Shown piece after piece: positions 59,403-64,000 of a DNA stretch of 64,000 nucleotides. The notes below the pieces were generated by a model. That model was not told the DNA's origin. It ran no database searches and saw nothing but the letters and a program-made list of their open reading frames with translations. The stretch's first letter is position 1. Each line of letters starts with the position of its first letter. Position numbers and translations under genes: made by a program. The stretch comes from Candidatus Poribacteria bacterium (GTDB taxonomy: Bacteria > Poribacteria > WGA-4E > WGA-3G). Location of the stretch: positions 1,056,001 to 1,120,000 of the forward strand of contig CAXXUA010000004.1 in NCBI GenBank assembly GCA_963663765.2. Direction: 5' to 3'.

Positions 59403-60824
59403 TTAGGCATCAAGCAATTTCAATGCTGCCCGATCTCCACTATGTATGCAATCAGGTATTCCAATGCCATGATAAGCATTACCAGCAATTGTTAGGTTGG
59501 TTGACACTTTTGCAGCTTCTTCAATCTCACTGACGAGAGCTTGGTGTCCAACTTCATATTGTGCCATCGCTTGAGTATGTTGACTAAGAATTGACATAGT
59601 TGGTTTCGCAGTAATTCCAAGTAACTTCGTTACCTCTTTAAGTACAGTAGTAATGATACTTTTTTCTTCAACTTGTTTCTTAATTTCATTTGCTGTTCTA
59701 CTCACAAAGGCTCGCAATAGCACATATTCTTCTGGTGCGCGGTTTTCAAACTTTATGCTGCTAAACGAACAGCCTATCAGGTTAAGATGTTCCGTAATAG
59801 GTACTACAAAACCCATTCCGTTGAGTGGATGTGCAATATCTTTACGCCGAAACGCAAAATTCACTGTTGCAGAAGAAGTATAGGGTACTGCAGCGAGTTT
59901 CTTTGCCAAAGTAGGTGAAACTACCTGCAAGATTTTACTTGTTTGTGGTGCGGGGAGAGCAATACAGAGCAGATCGGCATCCAAGACTTCATCATTCTGC
60001 AAGCTAACATGCCAACCTTCTCCATGTTCTTTTTGTTGAATAGATGTAACACAGGAATGAAGACGAATACATCGAACGAGTTTTTCTGCAAGTGCATCTA
60101 CTAACGTCTGCATACCTGCTGCAAAAGACAGAAACAGGCTATAACGAGGCCCACTCGTGTCACGACTTGTCTGTTTAGCATTCCGTTTTTGTGCTAAGAG
60201 TGCCTTGATGATGCTGCCGTGTTCACGTTCCATCTCTAAGAACCTTGGAAAAGTTGCTTTCAAGCTCAAGTTTTCTGCATCTGAAGTGTAGATGCCACCA
60301 ATCATCGGTTGTGCCATCCGTTCAAACGCTTCGTTTCCGAGTCTCCGTCTGACAAAATCTGCAACAGATTCATCATCAATATCAGTATTTCTTGAAATAA
60401 ATATATCGCAAGTAATTCGAAGTTTACCCATCAGACTAAAGATAGGACTTTTCAAAAAAGGCATAAACGAACCCGGTGCCATCATGTAAAAGCCTTCTGG
60501 TACAGGCAGCAATTTGCCTTTGCGAACAACAAAACTACGTCTCACCTTTCGGTTGGTGCCTATCAATTTATCGGTGATACTGAGTTCTTCGCAAAGTGCT
60601 TTCCCCCAAGGTTTTGTTGAAATAAACGCATCAGGACCGTGTTCTATAATAAATCCGTCTCTATGTTCAGTCCGAATTACACCTCCAACTCTGTCACTCG
60701 CTTCAAGAAGAATTACTTCAAGCGGAATACCCCGTATTTCCGATTCGCGTTTTAAGCGATAGGCAGCCGATAAACCGGTGATACCGCCGCCGATAACAAT
60801 GGCGCGTTTCTGGGCATGAGTCAT
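59403..60824 (-). CDS. hemY: Protoporphyrinogen/coproporphyrinogen III oxidase (HemY type)
   Basis: VIGGGITGLSAA, LEA.DRVGG, EHGPDAF, QYEVGH and GNAYHGIGIPDCI. Confidence 0.95.
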   Translation of the reverse strand: MTHAQKRAIVIGGGITGLSAAYRLKRESEIRGIPLEVILLEASDRVGGVIRTEHRDGFIIEHGPDAFISTKPWGKALCEELSITDKLIGTNRKVRRSFVVRKGKLLPVPEGFYMMAPGSFMPFLKSPIFSLMGKLRITCDIFISRNTDIDDESVADFVRRRLGNEAFERMAQPMIGGIYTSDAENLSLKATFPRFLEMEREHGSIIKALLAQKRNAKQTSRDTSGPRYSLFLSFAAGMQTLVDALAEKLVRCIRLHSCVTSIQQKEHGEGWHVSLQNDEVLDADLLCIALPAPQTSKILQVVSPTLAKKLAAVPYTSSATVNFAFRRKDIAHPLNGMGFVVPITEHLNLIGCSFSSIKFENRAPEEYVLLRAFVSRTANEIKKQVEEKSIITTVLKEVTKLLGITAKPTMSILSQHTQAMAQYEVGHQALVSEIEEAAKVSTNLTIAGNAYHGIGIPDCIHSGDRAALKLLDA

Positions 60825-60857
60825 GATTATTTCCTAAAACCATGTAGAAAAATTCTG

Positions 60858-61802
60858 CTATTGCTCAAACTTCTCACACACAGAATCTGCCAACATACCG
60901 ATAAATCTTGGGTGGTCGCCAACTGTCCCTGCACGAATAAAATCAATCCCGAGGTTCTCCGCTGTTTCCTTTGCCTCAATGTCAAGGTCGTATAATACCT
61001 CAACGTGATCACAAAGGAAACCGATGGGTGACACAACAACGGTGTCAATACCCTCCTCTTTTTTCGCTTTAAGCCAATCGTTGATATCCGGTTGCGTCCA
61101 GGGGATTGGACTATTCTCTACTTCACTTTGATATGCAAAACTGTACTGTCTTTTTCGCAGCACTCGAGCAACTGCTTCACCCGTTGCCTCAAACTGTTGT
61201 GAATAAGGCGAAGTATCTGCTGCTACTTGTGGAATTGCATGTGCACTGAAAACAATTTCAGCATGTTCTAATTTATTCCCACAAGCGATTTTGATATTCT
61301 CCGCAATAGCACCCACATATCCTTCATGTGTGTACCAAGGGTCAAGATAGTCTATTGTCGGTTGTTCACCTTTGACTGCTTCAATTCCTTTCTTTACAGT
61401 GTTTAGATACCATTCATAACTGACTTTTGCTCTGTGAGGTGCCATGATAATACCAAGAATTCTTCGATGTCCTTTACCTGCCATTTCCGCAATGATGTCT
61501 TTTAAGTAAGGTGTCCAATGCCGAAATCCCACAAAGACTGGTAGCGCCAAATCTCGTAGTTGCAATGCGTTTTGTAATGCTGTACCTTGTTTTAATGTCA
61601 AGTCATTGAACGGTGAAAATCCGCCTAATTTAATGTAATGTGTAGAAATGTCTTGCACGCGTTCTTTTTGAGACTCTGATTCGCCAGCAATTCCTTCTAC
61701 AAAACAATATGCTTCACCAGGACACTTGTTAGCATCGTACTTTTTACAACATCCAGGCGTAGGTCCTCCAAACGCTACGAGCAAAACGCTATCATATTTC
61801 AT
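60858..61802 (-). CDS. hemH: Ferrochelatase (coproporphyrin type likely)
   Basis: VLLVAFGGP, HY..GGFSP, GFRHWTPY, FSAHAIP, YQS, PWTQPD and PIGFLCDHVEVLYDLDIE. ATG at 61802 follows AGGAG. Confidence 0.95.
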   Translation of the reverse strand: MKYDSVLLVAFGGPTPGCCKKYDANKCPGEAYCFVEGIAGESESQKERVQDISTHYIKLGGFSPFNDLTLKQGTALQNALQLRDLALPVFVGFRHWTPYLKDIIAEMAGKGHRRILGIIMAPHRAKVSYEWYLNTVKKGIEAVKGEQPTIDYLDPWYTHEGYVGAIAENIKIACGNKLEHAEIVFSAHAIPQVAADTSPYSQQFEATGEAVARVLRKRQYSFAYQSEVENSPIPWTQPDINDWLKAKKEEGIDTVVVSPIGFLCDHVEVLYDLDIEAKETAENLGIDFIRAGTVGDHPRFIGMLADSVCEKFEQ

Positions 61803-61812
61803 AATTCTCTCC

Positions 61813-63270
61813 TTATGCCATATTCGCAAATTGGGCAGGCATGAAACCAGGATCAACTTCTATCGCTTGTGCAAATGCTTCCTTTGCGTTCTTTTCATCA
61901 CCATTCGTGCGATGTGCAAGTCCGATAGAGAAGTACGCTTGTGCAAGTTGTGTTCCTTCAAGTCCACTCACTAATCCCTTATAGATTGATTCCAAACCGA
62001 GCGCAGGGTCATCGCCATTTCGGAATGCAGATAGAATGTGATTGTACCCGCGCAACAAATGTGCTGGCGCATAATCAGGATCTATTTCAAGCGCCGAATT
62101 CAATGCAATTGTTGCTTCATAGAAATAATCCCCTTTCTCAAGCACACTCGACACGGATCGGGATGCCGTTGTCAATAGATTCGCGTATTCTATCCATGCA
62201 TTTGGAAGGTTACAGAATTTTTCGGTTGCAGTTTTCAAAATAGCAATTGCCAATCCGATATCGTTCCCCTCCGCAACCTCTTCAGCCGTTTCGCGATATG
62301 CTTCAAAGTCTTTCAGTTCCTGTGTCTGTTGGCTAAGAGCATTTACATCTGCCATTGGAATAGAAGATGGTTTGAAGTGCTGCCAACCCGGTTCGGGGTC
62401 GTCAATCAACCCCCGATAAACACGCAGAATAGCATAGCGGGGAGTTCCCCAAACTTCTGCAATATCGCGAATCCAAATCGGATAGTTCGACTCCAAGTCA
62501 GACAGTAATTCCATGAGCGACATACCTTCTTCAACACGTTTTCGAACTTCCGTTAAGAAGTAATCCTCAATTTTGAGTAAAAGATCAATTTCGGGATCGT
62601 GTGCCAAAGGTCCGTGACCGGGAAGCACATGCTCTGGGTTGTATGTGCGCAGCTCCTGGATCGTGTTAATCCAATCATGGTTCGCCATAAGACCTTCATT
62701 CATAACGGGTTGTCCAAAGATTGGAAAACTACCGGTCATCACTGTATCACCAGATACGATGCAGCCTTCTCCAGGAATCCGTATGGCAGTTGCATCGTCT
62801 GTTTCCGCTTTTCCTAAGTGGACAAGGTGTAAAGGTTGGTTTCCTAAATTAAGTTCAGTCTCATGTGTAAACGTCCGCTGTGGTAAAAATGGCGGATCAC
62901 CAAGTGAGAACCCGCGAGAACGTAGGAAATCCTCTTGCCGCGGCGCTCTGTTCACCATAAAATCCTTTGTCATCTCGCGAGCGACAACTGTCGCGCCTTC
63001 TTGACGAAATATTATGTTCCCATTCGTATGATCCCAGTGATAGTGCGTGTTAATTGCATATAATATCGGTTTATCCGTAATAGAACGAATAGCTTTCAGT
63101 AACCGTTTACCCATCATTTGATTGACCTGTGTATCAATTACTGCAACACCATTATCACCGATTATGATAGAAGAGTTGACGATATTGCGGAACAGATACA
63201 CACGGTCTGTTACCTGAACGAGTTGCCCATATTGTCGTGGAGCGAATGGATTTTCTGGTATGTTTTGCAT
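61813..63270 (-). CDS. Metallo-beta-lactamase-fold hydrolase with C-terminal TPRs
   Basis: NTHYHWDHTNGN (HxHxDH), SGD and PGHGP, then TPR helices. ATG overlaps the hemE stop. Confidence 0.85.
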   Translation of the reverse strand: MQNIPENPFAPRQYGQLVQVTDRVYLFRNIVNSSIIIGDNGVAVIDTQVNQMMGKRLLKAIRSITDKPILYAINTHYHWDHTNGNIIFRQEGATVVAREMTKDFMVNRAPRQEDFLRSRGFSLGDPPFLPQRTFTHETELNLGNQPLHLVHLGKAETDDATAIRIPGEGCIVSGDTVMTGSFPIFGQPVMNEGLMANHDWINTIQELRTYNPEHVLPGHGPLAHDPEIDLLLKIEDYFLTEVRKRVEEGMSLMELLSDLESNYPIWIRDIAEVWGTPRYAILRVYRGLIDDPEPGWQHFKPSSIPMADVNALSQQTQELKDFEAYRETAEEVAEGNDIGLAIAILKTATEKFCNLPNAWIEYANLLTTASRSVSSVLEKGDYFYEATIALNSALEIDPDYAPAHLLRGYNHILSAFRNGDDPALGLESIYKGLVSGLEGTQLAQAYFSIGLAHRTNGDEKNAKEAFAQAIEVDPGFMPAQFANMA

Positions 63271-64000
63271 CAATTTTCCTGAAGTTTTTTTGAGATATTT
63301 ACAAAGTGTTTAACGTTTTCAAAGGGTGTGTCTCTATGAAGTCCATGACTGAGATTTAGGATGTGACCTGTTTGTTGTCCCTGTTTCAGACACGTGTGAA
63401 CGGCTTCAGTAATGTCAGAGAATGCACCGTCGCGTAGAATATCGTTATCAACGTTCCCCTGAAATGCAACTGATTCCCCTAAATCCGTTTTGGTTTCCCT
63501 TATATCTACGCATTTTCCAACACTCAGTACATCTGCGCCACTTTGGTGCATTAAATTAACGTAAGGACACTCCTTTGCAAAAATGATACTTGGTACTTCT
63601 GAATTGAGTTCAGCAAAAATCCGTTGATGATATGGAAGCGCGAATTCTTCATACTTATGTTGAGACAACACATCGGCTACTGACTCGAATAGTTGGACTA
63701 TCTGAACACCTTGACTGATTTGGTAATTCAAATATTGTATTGTCATGTCAGTCAATTTATCTAACAGATGGTGCATAAGTTGCGGTGCTTCATTCATAAT
63801 TTCAAAAACAGGTGTTGCTTTATCTGAAATACCAGCACCCCTTTTCATCGGACTTTCTCCTGCTATCATAAAAAAAGCAAGCGTTAAGGGTGCACCAGCA
63901 AAACCGATCAACGGTAGTTCCGAATTCAATGTTTCGCGTAATGTACGTATCACGCAACCCGTGAACTCTAATTGCACATGCGGTTTGTCCAACGGGCAAA
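63270..64000 (-). CDS. hemE: Uroporphyrinogen decarboxylase (5' part outside the window)
   Basis: PLIGFAGAPLTLA, QLFES, FQGNVD and HILNLSHG...TP.ENV. Confidence 0.9.
   Translation of the reverse strand, partial: CPLDKPHVQLEFTGCVIRTLRETLNSELPLIGFAGAPLTLAFFMIAGESPMKRGAGISDKATPVFEIMNEAPQLMHHLLDKLTDMTIQYLNYQISQGVQIVQLFESVADVLSQHKYEEFALPYHQRIFAELNSEVPSIIFAKECPYVNLMHQSGADVLSVGKCVDIRETKTDLGESVAFQGNVDNDILRDGAFSDITEAVHTCLKQGQQTGHILNLSHGLHRDTPFENVKHFVNISKKLQEN

Noticed and set aside
1-64000. tRNA, rRNA, integrase or RAYT genes
   Set aside because: None is recognisable in this window, so the enzymes that mobilise the REPs and mini-elements would have to be encoded elsewhere.

Overview
An AT-rich bacterial window. 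The gene content (secreted WD40 and dockerin-like proteins, FlgD-Ig/T9SS-like tails, arylsulfatases, a phytanoyl-CoA dioxygenase) resembles Candidatus Poribacteria, which is an inference. 0-6 kb: secreted WD40 and zinc-metallopeptidase genes. 6-8.4 kb: an ISKra4-type IS knocked out by an 88-bp MITE, then a 53-bp REP array. 8.5-24 kb: a defence island with orphan BrnT, DUF932, a DUF4268 nuclease, a coupled TIR-X-TIR-PHP/ATPase-Schlafen operon lacking a canonical Thoeris effector, a trypsin-like protease, a helicase-less Type ISP/IIG R-M gene and TIGR02391. Three orphan 3' ends of a Type ISP gene punctuate the island like cassette junctions. 24-43 kb: metabolic genes including a duplicated arylsulfatase. 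44-58 kb: a 3930-aa Ig-repeat surface protein, a PorV-like barrel and a LysM protein, bracketed by two inverted copies of a VNTR-carrying element. 59-64 kb: hemE-(MBL/TPR)-hemH-hemY. Intergenic DNA holds at least 7 MITE shells carrying GTAG-type REP hairpins. The REPs are themselves invaded by 34-44 bp TIR-less, TSD-less hairpin elements with covarying stems, nested up to five levels deep. Family assignments come from motif recognition only, with no database searches.
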